This document shows, piece after piece, positions 1 through 11,147 of a stretch of DNA of 13,838 nucleotides. The DNA lies in assembly GCA_016839515.1 (NCBI GenBank), contig JAEOUE010000228.1:1-13838 (forward strand), read 5' to 3'. The DNA is from Candidatus Hodarchaeum mangrovi. Lineage in GTDB: Archaea > Asgardarchaeota > Heimdallarchaeia > Hodarchaeales > Hodarchaeaceae. Below the pieces are notes generated by a model that was not told the origin of the DNA, made no database searches, and was given only the letters and a program-made list of their open reading frames with translations. The position numbers were made by a program, and so were the translations under genes. Position 1 is the stretch's first letter. Every line of letters starts with the position of its first letter.

Positions 1-2982
<2,982 letters not shown>

Positions 2983-3035
2983 GATTCTAGATTTAAAATC
3001 ACAGATAGAAATGTATTGTTTTTCCAAGTATAAAA

Positions 3036-6000
3036 TTAGAGGCTTTCTAGAACTTCAAGTAATTTCTCTAGTTTAAATTCTGACTTATTAAGCGCTTCTT
3101 GCCAAATGTTAAATATATCTAAAATCTCTTTTATTTTAGGATTGGGAAGACCTTCAATTTTATGTAGACATACCTGATTTATCAAGGCAATTATGCAAAG
3201 AAATCTTATTAACAATTCAAAATCCTCTTGATTAAACCATAAATTCTCTTGGTATCGATTTAATTTAATTATAGAATGTATTTCTGGATCTTTCAAAATT
3301 TCAACTAAGTTTATTGGCTGAGAATTCTTTTCCCAGTTTTGATGTGTAATTAAGACTTTTACAAGACTGCTTGGATTTTGTATGACCAATCTTTCTGGAT
3401 TTTTTGGAAGATTTAATATAATTTCATTTATTATCCTTCCAAGTAACCATTCATCAATCCATGTATGACTGTAAATGATATATTCAGGATCTTTTGTCTT
3501 GATTTTACCTAGGAGATGCGTATAAAGCCAAGCTAGAGTAATTGCAATTTCATCTATTGTCATCATTCTAATTAATTCAAGAGAAGCTTCTTTCTTACTT
3601 AAGAGGAGTAATTTAGCCAGACTATGCTGCTTTTCTTTTAATTCATCTATTAAATAATCTGGTTTTTTCTGCTCTCCTGAATAATTTTTTATCTCTTGGA
3701 TAAATATAATCAGGTCTTCTTGAGTTCTTTTTATGATTTTTTTATAATCTAATATAGTTTTTGCTTCATATAAGAGATGTAAAGAATTTTTGTTTAGTAA
3801 TTTGCGGAAAACAGAGATTAAAGGTTCATAAATTAGGATTTGCCTAGCCTCTTCAATAATCGGGACTCCTCTTCCTCCTAAATAGTCATGTAAAATACGA
3901 TAGTGGTTCCATTCGTTATCTGGAATTTCTCTTAAATCAACCAATGCTTGTGCTTTATAAGAACCTAATATAACCTCTAATCCATTATTGTAAAGATTTT
4001 CTGAGTCTCTAATATATTCTAGACCAGTAAATTGATCTTTAAATATCAAAAAATGATTTGGTTTACCAGTTAGCTTCAATCCATATCCCAATGACCGTTG
4101 AACAAGTTTCTCAGCTTCACGATCATAAAATGCGGCCGAATTTTTTATCCAGCCTGCTGTTCCTTGGAAACAATTATTATATATAATTAATGACCGTTCT
4201 TTATCCGTCCCATTTGAAAAACAAAACACATTCTCATCAACATAACCTGCTTTGGTAAAAAAATCATATAATAAGAAGTTTTTTACTCCTGAATACAAAT
4301 ATCTTCTTTTTAATAATGGAAAAATAACTTTTTCATGGTATTGTAAAAAACCCCAGTCCATGCCTTCATCCCAATAAGATCGACGATATTCCATCCCATA
4401 TTTCTCAGCCCAACCCTCAATTTGACCATGTCCAATCATGGGAAGTCCTGGAAATGTTACAAGAAGAAGACAAATCCCAAAATATTTATCACCTTTTCCA
4501 AATTGATTGGCTGCAGTGTCTTCATCAGGATTATTCATAAAGTTTACAAATCTCTTTAGTATTTCAGGGTCATATTCTAAAGTATTTTTAATAACTGAGC
4601 GATAATTAGCATTATCCTCATCACGAAGCATATTCATGAAAGCACTGTTATACACACGGTGCATACCTAATGTACGAACAAAAAAACCTTCTAATAGCCA
4701 AAATGCTTCCGCTAATAAAAGTGTTTCTGGTTTTTCTTCTTTGATGCGGTTAACAACTTCACGCCAAAATTCCTGAGGCATTTTTCGCATAAATTCTTCA
4801 TGTGAAATTCCCGTTCCAGCTCGTGAAGGAATATCTCCTCCACTTCCAGGAGGTGGGAACCACAATCGTTGAAAATGCTTTCGCGTTAACGTCATTGCCG
4901 CATCAAATCGAATAATAGAAAATTTGTTCGCAACATGGAATATTGTTTGAATTACTGCCTCACGAACTTCTGGTAATAAATAGTTTAATTGTGCAGTATC
5001 ATTCCAAGGCATACTTGTTCCATCATTTCCATGATATATATATTTAGTATCTCCTGTTCGATAATCTTCACGTTTAAAGGTTACTGCAGCGTCAGTTCGG
5101 CTAAAATAATGATCTTCTAAGAAAATTCCAAGATTTGGGTCCTGACTTAAACTAGCTCCACTATATTGATAAGAAGGGAATGGTGGGTAATTAAGAGAAA
5201 TATACCAATCAGGGTGTTCTCTGATCCATTTTGAGTCAATTCCCGTATGATTGGGGACCATATCCGAGGCTAATCGTATATTGTATCTTAAAGCCTTTTG
5301 TTTTAATTGTGAGAAGCTATTTTCTCCTCCAAGATCGAAGGCAATAGTATAGTCAAATAAGCTATAAGCTGAAGCTTCTGCTTCTGGATTCCCGCACCAT
5401 TGCTTTACAAGTTTTGAAGCTGGGCTCCTTTCCCATAAACCAATTAACCATAAGGCATTAATTCCCCATCTACTTAGCTGAGCAAGCTCTTCATCAGGTA
5501 TCTGGTCAAGAGTTCGTAATTCACGTCCATATTTCTTAGATAACTGGAATAACCAAACATATGCATTTTTTGCTATCATTACTACATTTGGCATCCAATT
5601 CGCATCAGGAGTGTAATTTTCTTCTAATCCATCATATTCATAAACCCTTACTAACCCAGCCCCTAATCCGCGTAGTCTTTCTTCTTCTGCAAATAAATCT
5701 AAGGCAGAAAGTATCTTAAAATACAGTGGACCTAAGATTGAAGCCCATTCTTTAGCTATATATTCCAGCTGGGCTTTAATTGAAAGAGGATTTTCTTTCA
5801 ATGGATCTTGAAGCATTTTAAAGAAATTCTTATTTTTAGGCCCAAATGGTCTATTCTTTTCAAAAAAGTTTTCAATTTCTGAGATTATTTTCCCATAATC
5901 TGATATTTTCTTTAGCTCTTCATCCTCAAAAAGTTCTCTGTGCTTATTTAAAGCTGGATTGTTATTCTCCAACCATATATGAATTAGTTCTTCTATTAAA

Positions 6001-6419
6001 ATTTCCCTATTTGGAACATTTTTCGTTGTACTTTCGAGAAAGGATTCAAGGGAGGATTTTTGAAAAAATATAGAAGGGGGAGGAAATGTTGTGAGAAGTG
6101 TTTCAATTGTTTTATCAACTTTATTCTTGCCTATCATTTCATTAAGAAATTCTGATATTTCTTTGTATAAATTTGGAGCAATTTCTTTTTTATATTGCTC
6201 AAAAAGAAAGTGTGAAATCTCATTTAATAGAGATATTCCGTTTATCTCGGATGCACGAGCAGCAATTTCAGGAAAATGTAACAAATCTCTTTTTTTGTTA
6301 AGAGATTCAACAAAAAGCCGAACATGATAGGTAGATGGAAATGTGACATATCCTTCATCGGTACTAAAGAATTTTTCTTCAAAACGGTATTTTTCTAGGG
6401 CATTACGACTCAATCGCAC
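3036..6419 (-). CDS. Large GH13 alpha-amylase-family glycoside hydrolase with long N- and C-terminal extensions
   Basis: 1127-aa ORF. GH13 conserved regions: DMVPNH (5247-5264), RFDAAMTL (nucleophile Asp 4902-4904), LLAEAFW (Glu 4707-4709), FMNNPDE (Asp 4524-4526), plus LWLIGLW and PGLPMIGHGQ. The GTG start follows GGATGTGA, with an in-frame TGA four codons upstream. Confidence 0.88.
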   Translation of the reverse strand: MRLSRNALEKYRFEEKFFSTDEGYVTFPSTYHVRLFVESLNKKRDLLHFPEIAARASEINGISLLNEISHFLFEQYKKEIAPNLYKEISEFLNEMIGKNKVDKTIETLLTTFPPPSIFFQKSSLESFLESTTKNVPNREILIEELIHIWLENNNPALNKHRELFEDEELKKISDYGKIISEIENFFEKNRPFGPKNKNFFKMLQDPLKENPLSIKAQLEYIAKEWASILGPLYFKILSALDLFAEEERLRGLGAGLVRVYEYDGLEENYTPDANWMPNVVMIAKNAYVWLFQLSKKYGRELRTLDQIPDEELAQLSRWGINALWLIGLWERSPASKLVKQWCGNPEAEASAYSLFDYTIAFDLGGENSFSQLKQKALRYNIRLASDMVPNHTGIDSKWIREHPDWYISLNYPPFPSYQYSGASLSQDPNLGIFLEDHYFSRTDAAVTFKREDYRTGDTKYIYHGNDGTSMPWNDTAQLNYLLPEVREAVIQTIFHVANKFSIIRFDAAMTLTRKHFQRLWFPPPGSGGDIPSRAGTGISHEEFMRKMPQEFWREVVNRIKEEKPETLLLAEAFWLLEGFFVRTLGMHRVYNSAFMNMLRDEDNANYRSVIKNTLEYDPEILKRFVNFMNNPDEDTAANQFGKGDKYFGICLLLVTFPGLPMIGHGQIEGWAEKYGMEYRRSYWDEGMDWGFLQYHEKVIFPLLKRRYLYSGVKNFLLYDFFTKAGYVDENVFCFSNGTDKERSLIIYNNCFQGTAGWIKNSAAFYDREAEKLVQRSLGYGLKLTGKPNHFLIFKDQFTGLEYIRDSENLYNNGLEVILGSYKAQALVDLREIPDNEWNHYRILHDYLGGRGVPIIEEARQILIYEPLISVFRKLLNKNSLHLLYEAKTILDYKKIIKRTQEDLIIFIQEIKNYSGEQKKPDYLIDELKEKQHSLAKLLLLSKKEASLELIRMMTIDEIAITLAWLYTHLLGKIKTKDPEYIIYSHTWIDEWLLGRIINEIILNLPKNPERLVIQNPSSLVKVLITHQNWEKNSQPINLVEILKDPEIHSIIKLNRYQENLWFNQEDFELLIRFLCIIALINQVCLHKIEGLPNPKIKEILDIFNIWQEALNKSEFKLEKLLEVLESL

Positions 6420-6428
6420 GAGGAAGAA

Positions 6429-6436
6429 TCACATCC
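6429..6436 (-). promoter_or_regulatory. Putative Shine-Dalgarno (GGATGTGA) for the GH13 gene
   Basis: One mismatch from GGAGGTGA, 9 nt upstream of the GTG at 6419. Confidence 0.45.
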
Positions 6437-6450
6437 AGTTTTAAATCTAA

Positions 6451-6482
6451 AAGGAGAAAGTAGTAATTTGTAGTTTTTCCTT
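6451..6482. repeat. Imperfect inverted repeat in the divergent intergenic region
   Basis: AAGGAGAAAGTA-gtaatttg-TAGTTTTTCCTT: 12-nt arms with 10 Watson-Crick pairs, one G-T and one mismatch, and an 8-nt spacer. Confidence 0.4.
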
Positions 6483-6522
6483 CGATTATCTTTAATTGAT
6501 ACTATTATGTAGGTGTTTATTC

Positions 6523-6532
6523 TTATATAAAT
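6523..6532. promoter_or_regulatory. Candidate TATA box of the divergent GH13/methyltransferase promoter region
   Basis: TTATATAAAT reads as an archaeal TATA-like box on either strand. AT-rich context limits specificity. Confidence 0.3.
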
Positions 6533-6651
6533 CCCGCAGATCAGTTAATAGAAAAATCCTAAAAAAGGGCCTTAATGATAAAGAACGAGGAATATTAAAT
6601 TTAAAACATTATACTGTTTCTCTATTAATTATTCAGACTTTGAGATCAGAT

Positions 6652-8709
6652 ATGAGGAAAATCATTGTGACAAAGAATTCTCCTTTAAGTATTACAACAA
6701 AAGATTTAGGTAAAATCTATACTCCCTCAATATTAGCACAATTTATATCTCCTCGTACAATTACGTATTTTCTCTTTGCACAGTTGAATAAAGAATTTCC
6801 TTATGGAGAATTTACTTCAGAAAACATTCTAGATATATTTGACCAATTTATTGAGAGGGATCTGAGGAGGGTTTACCAGATACTAAGAAATATTAAGATC
6901 ATTGATCCAACTGTCGGTTCAGGGAACCTTTTATTGGAATCTTATCGCTTTTTAGTCTCATTTTTTGAATATCTAAAAAATAAAGGGATAGAAAAAAGGA
7001 GTAAGGTTCAATTCTGTCAGGATATAGTTCAAAATAACTTATTTGGAGTTTATATATCTAAAACAGCAATCAATAATTGTAAAGAGAGTTTTTTAACTAT
7101 ATTACCATTTAATAATCGAAATGAGAAGATAAAATTTAATTTATTTCAAGGTGATGCATTAATTAGCCATATAGATTTACAGACTTCTGACTCAAATATT
7201 GCAGATGTACGATTTAATTGGAAGGAAAAATTCCCCAAGATTATGGAAAAGGGAGGATTTGATGTATGTATCATAAATCCTCCTTGGAACATTCATAAAC
7301 CTTTGGAAAAAGAATTTTTTTCTAATTTTGATGAACAATTATCAAAATATAATGTTGATAAGCAGGAAGCCCGAAAAATCATTGAGAGATTACTTAATGA
7401 TCCTAAAATTAAAGAAGCATGGATATTACATCAAGAATCGATATCTCAGAGTGCGAAATGGTTTAAGAGGAATTTTCATTATCAATCCAGTAAGATTCAG
7501 ATAGCAAAAAGAAAAAAAAATATTAGTGGAGACTTAAACCTTTATAAATTGTTTGTGGAGCGAGTTTATAATATTTTAAACACAAATGGTTTCTGTGGGA
7601 TGATAGTACCCTCCGGCATTCATACTGATGCAGGTACAAAAGGATTAAGAAATTTAATTTTTGACCAAGGACTAGTAAAAGAACTTATTTCATTTGAGAA
7701 TAAACTAGGTATCTTTCCCTCTGTACACAGATCATTCAAATTTGACACAATTATTTATCAAAAAACAGGACATACTTCCATCTTCTTAGCAGCTTTTATG
7801 CAATCAATAGTTGATTCAAACGAAATTTTTTCCTGTATTTTGCATTTAGATTGGAATCAACTTAAAATATATTCACCTTCCTCTTGGTCAATAATGGAGT
7901 TTAAATCAGAAAAAGATATTGAAATCACTAAAAAAATGTATATGTATCCTCCTTTAAGTAAAGATATCCCCAATTCATGGAAATTTCGATTAACGAGAGA
8001 ATTGGATGTAACAATTAATAATAATCTCTTCAATCAAGAAAATAAAGGATATGCAGTCTATGAGGGGAAAATGATTGAACAATATAACAACAATTTTGCT
8101 GAACCCCGATATTGGATTATGAAAAATAACATACCAGACAGAATTTCCAAGAAGTACGGTATTTCTAAACCAAAATTAGCGTTCCGATCAATTGCTGCAA
8201 GTACAAATAGAAGAACTATGATTGCCACAATTTTACCTAATGATGTATTGTGTGCAAACAGTCTAACATTAATTAAGAGTTATAATAATGAAGGAATTCG
8301 CATAATTAAGGAAGAGGAGTTGTATTATCTATGTGGGATCTTTAATAGCTTTATATTTGATTATTTATTACGCTTAAAAGTCACTACAAACATAAATATG
8401 TTTTTTATTTACGATATGCCTGTTCCGAGAGCTTCTAGAATTAATAATGAGTATTTAAATATTATCGAAAATGTAAAACAAATTTTAGTATTAAGTAATG
8501 ATCCTAAAAAAGAAAAAGATGATGCTATTGAAGAAGAAATATCTAAATTAAAATCGAATATAGAATTAAATGTCTTAAAGCTGTATAAATTAGATAATGA
8601 GGATCTTAATTATATTCTTGAGACCTTCCAGCGAAACAATTCAGATTCGAACAAAACATTAACATTGATTAAAAAACTATTATCAGATTGTCATCGAAGT
8701 GAATCGTAA
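6652..8709 (+). CDS. Type IIG/Eco57I-like N6-adenine DNA methyltransferase with C-terminal target-recognition domain and no recognisable nuclease domain
   Basis: Motif X GKIYTP, motif I IIDPTVGSG (DPTVGSG 6904-6924), motif IV GGFDVCIINPPW (NPPW 7276-7287), DLNLYKLFVER, GFCGMIVPSG, FENKLGIFPSVHRSFKF. TRD signatures YEGKMIEQY, LAFRSIAASTNRRTMIA, NSFIFDYLLR. ATG 6652 is preferred over TTG 6496 because the first 52 codons carry no family motif and overlap the promoter region; the start is uncertain. Confidence 0.85.
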   Translation: MRKIIVTKNSPLSITTKDLGKIYTPSILAQFISPRTITYFLFAQLNKEFPYGEFTSENILDIFDQFIERDLRRVYQILRNIKIIDPTVGSGNLLLESYRFLVSFFEYLKNKGIEKRSKVQFCQDIVQNNLFGVYISKTAINNCKESFLTILPFNNRNEKIKFNLFQGDALISHIDLQTSDSNIADVRFNWKEKFPKIMEKGGFDVCIINPPWNIHKPLEKEFFSNFDEQLSKYNVDKQEARKIIERLLNDPKIKEAWILHQESISQSAKWFKRNFHYQSSKIQIAKRKKNISGDLNLYKLFVERVYNILNTNGFCGMIVPSGIHTDAGTKGLRNLIFDQGLVKELISFENKLGIFPSVHRSFKFDTIIYQKTGHTSIFLAAFMQSIVDSNEIFSCILHLDWNQLKIYSPSSWSIMEFKSEKDIEITKKMYMYPPLSKDIPNSWKFRLTRELDVTINNNLFNQENKGYAVYEGKMIEQYNNNFAEPRYWIMKNNIPDRISKKYGISKPKLAFRSIAASTNRRTMIATILPNDVLCANSLTLIKSYNNEGIRIIKEEELYYLCGIFNSFIFDYLLRLKVTTNINMFFIYDMPVPRASRINNEYLNIIENVKQILVLSNDPKKEKDDAIEEEISKLKSNIELNVLKLYKLDNEDLNYILETFQRNNSDSNKTLTLIKKLLSDCHRSES

Positions 8710-10214
8710 TGAAATTTGCCTATAAATATTTATTAGAGAAGTATAAAGAGATTTATACAATTTCTAGTATCTCTTCCCTCCTTTATTGGGATATGAATAC
8801 ATATATGCCATCTTCAGCATTAGAGCATAGAACAAATCAGTTTAACTGGTTACAACAGACTATACATAAAAAATGGACCTCAAAAAAGATGATTTCGTTA
8901 ATCAATCAAAGCGAAAAAGATTCTACACTAAATAATGTTGAAAAAAGAAACGTTTTTCTTTTAAAACGAGCAGTTGAAGAAAAAATCGCTTTACCAATAG
9001 AGTTGGTAGGACAGTTAGCTATTCAAAGTAATAAAACACTGGAAATATGGAAAATCGCTAAGAAAAAAAATAATTTTTCAATAGTCCAAGCAGATTTAAA
9101 AAAATTATTTGAACTAGAGGTTGAAAAAGCAACTTTATTATCTGAAGTAAAGGGATTATCAGATCCATACGAAGCTTTAGTTGATATTCGTGATCCTGGA
9201 TTTACTATTGAGAAATTAAACAATTTTTTTAGTGAAACTAAGAGATTTTTAATCCCATTCGTTGAAAAATGCACGAGAGCAGAAAAACAACCTAATAAAA
9301 CATTCTTAACACGCTTTATACCACAACAAAAGCAAGAAAATGTAGTAAATGAATTGGTTAAATTTTTGGAGTATGATTTTCAAGCTGGTCGGGTGGATGA
9401 AGTTGAACATCCCCTAACAATTGCCTGTGGCCCCAAAGATGTCAGATTGACTGTAAAATATAAGGAAAACGAAATTATGAAGGCTTTATTAGCTGGATCC
9501 CATGAGTGCGGCCATTCTTTGCATGCCCAACAACGAAATCCTGAATGGATTGGTCAACCAGTTAATGGATATACTGGTCCTTCGTTCGGTGAATCACAAT
9601 CAAGGATATTAGAAAATCACGTTACGCTTTCCCCAGAATTCTGGAATTATTACTATCCCAAGTTTAAAAGTCAAACAGGAGTGTTTAATGATATAAATCA
9701 AGAAGAATTTTATTTTGCGATCAATACTACTCAACCTGGACCAAGTCGGATTGGAAGTGATGAATTAACCTATGCCATACATATAATAATACGATTTGAG
9801 CTGGAACAAGCATTATATGCTGGGAAACTGGAGGTTGCTGACCTACCTCAGGAATGGAATAAGAAATACGAGCAATATTTAGGAGTTAAAGTCGAATCGG
9901 ATACTCAAGGTGTAATGCAAGATTTACATTGGTATAGTCAATATTGGGGATATTTTTATGGTTATGCAATGGGAGATATTATCGCAGCACAACTAATTAA
10001 TCGGGGATTAACAAGAGATCTCCCTGAATGGCATGAAAAAATAAATACAGGAAAATTTACCCCAATCCGCCAATGGCTAGCTAATAACATTCATTCAAAA
10101 GGAGTCTTATATGATGGATTGGATATGGTCAAAGAGATTACTGGAGAACCTTTAACAGTAAGATATTTTATTCATTATTTAGAAAATAAATATTCAGAAT
10201 TATATGAGCTTTAA
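8709..10214 (+). CDS. M32 family metallocarboxypeptidase (carboxypeptidase Taq/Pfu-like)
   Basis: 501 aa is typical for M32. LLYWDMNTYMP N-terminus, HPLT, DVRLT, HECGH zinc motif (9501-9515), GESQSR (third ligand Glu 9591-9593), DELTYAIHIIIRFELE, GVMQDLHW, TGEPL...YLENKY. The ATG overlaps the methyltransferase stop (TAATG, 8707-8711). Confidence 0.93.
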   Translation: MKFAYKYLLEKYKEIYTISSISSLLYWDMNTYMPSSALEHRTNQFNWLQQTIHKKWTSKKMISLINQSEKDSTLNNVEKRNVFLLKRAVEEKIALPIELVGQLAIQSNKTLEIWKIAKKKNNFSIVQADLKKLFELEVEKATLLSEVKGLSDPYEALVDIRDPGFTIEKLNNFFSETKRFLIPFVEKCTRAEKQPNKTFLTRFIPQQKQENVVNELVKFLEYDFQAGRVDEVEHPLTIACGPKDVRLTVKYKENEIMKALLAGSHECGHSLHAQQRNPEWIGQPVNGYTGPSFGESQSRILENHVTLSPEFWNYYYPKFKSQTGVFNDINQEEFYFAINTTQPGPSRIGSDELTYAIHIIIRFELEQALYAGKLEVADLPQEWNKKYEQYLGVKVESDTQGVMQDLHWYSQYWGYFYGYAMGDIIAAQLINRGLTRDLPEWHEKINTGKFTPIRQWLANNIHSKGVLYDGLDMVKEITGEPLTVRYFIHYLENKYSELYEL

Positions 10215-10236
10215 TATGCATGGGATAGAATAATAT

Positions 10237-10932
10237 TTGATTATTGAGAATCTATCTTTCCGAAATAAATATTATATCTTTAATTCTCGACGAAAAGCAG
10301 GATCATTATTAGGCTCTTATGTAGGATTAGAATCCTTTGACCTACTCCTTTTAATTCCAAATGGGGGTATCCCTGTAGGACTAGGGATTGTAGAATTTCC
10401 CTTAGTTCCAAGAACCAAAATTGATCTATTAATAGTAAGAAAAATCCAAATCCCAGGAAACACTGAGGCAGGTATGGGGGCAATAACACCTGACGGGCAA
10501 GTATTCTTAAACGATATGTTATTAGATAGATTAGCAATAACAACTCATCAGCTAGAGACCCAAATTGAAAGAACAAAATATGAAATCGAGAAAAAAAGGA
10601 GAGAATTTACAGGAACAAGCCATAAATTAGAGGTATATGGTAAAAATATCCTTATTGTTGATGATGGAGTTGCCAGTGGATTTTCTGTTTTAGCAGCTTC
10701 CTCATGGTTACGACAACTTGGTGCAGAAACCATTATTCTTGCAGTACCAACTGCACCAATAAGTTCTCTTAAAAGATTAGAAAAGGTATTAGATAAAATA
10801 ATATGTTTGAATGTTCGGGAAAAGTTCCCATTTGCTGTAGCAGATGCCTATACTGATTGGTATGATGTTTCAGATTTAGAAGCAAAGGATTATTTTTCAT
10901 TATTAAAAGAATTTCAACCATTATTAGGATAA
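10237..10932 (+). CDS. Type I phosphoribosyltransferase, COG1926-like, substrate unknown
   Basis: PRPP-binding loop ILIVDDGVASG. Family signatures FNSRRKAG, IPNGGIPVG, IVRKIQIPGNTEAGMGAI, LAVPTAP, FAVADAYTDWYDVSD. TTG start 22 nt after the M32 stop. Confidence 0.88.
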   Translation: MIIENLSFRNKYYIFNSRRKAGSLLGSYVGLESFDLLLLIPNGGIPVGLGIVEFPLVPRTKIDLLIVRKIQIPGNTEAGMGAITPDGQVFLNDMLLDRLAITTHQLETQIERTKYEIEKKRREFTGTSHKLEVYGKNILIVDDGVASGFSVLAASSWLRQLGAETIILAVPTAPISSLKRLEKVLDKIICLNVREKFPFAVADAYTDWYDVSDLEAKDYFSLLKEFQPLLG

Positions 10933-11136
10933 AAATTACTCTTATAATTAAGATAGTAAAAATGGCATTAATGAAACCGTTCTACAGTAATTAGCTTAAT
11001 CTTCATCCCAATTGGTAGAATATTCTTTTCTGATTCCAAGAATTCATTAATATCAAGGTTGAATTATTTTAGATGGTTTTTTAAAAAAAGCTAGGATTAT
11101 GTCCTTTTACTAAAAATTCTAATGGATTTTCGATTT

Positions 11137-11142
11137 AGGTGA
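11137..11142 (+). promoter_or_regulatory. Shine-Dalgarno AGGTGA
   Basis: AGGTGA lies 5 nt upstream of ATG 11148. The GTG used by the ORF track (11139) is inside this motif. Confidence 0.6.
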
Positions 11143-11147
11143 TAATA

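Noticed and set aside
5846-6327. Two short plus-strand ORFs (75 and 78 aa)
   Set aside because: Both are antisense within the GH13 gene and have shadow-like composition.
2988-6449. 11-bp inverted repeat TAGATTTAAAA (2988-2998) / TTTTAAATCTA (6439-6449) flanking the GH13 gene as possible transposon ends
   Set aside because: Short, almost entirely A/T and not extendable. There is no transposase or clear target-site duplication, so chance is plausible.
6652-8709. Complete BREX, DISARM or restriction-modification system
   Set aside because: Only the methyltransferase-TRD is present. No nuclease, helicase, PglZ or ATPase gene lies in the window.
9023-9274. 83-aa minus-strand ORF
   Set aside because: Antisense shadow of the M32 gene.
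10280-10733. Two minus-strand ORFs (98 and 61 aa)
   Set aside because: Both are antisense to the well-supported PRTase.
11077-11089. T6A7 palindrome as an operator or terminator
   Set aside because: Low-complexity homopolymer run expected in AT-rich DNA. It could be a TATA element, but this cannot be supported specifically.
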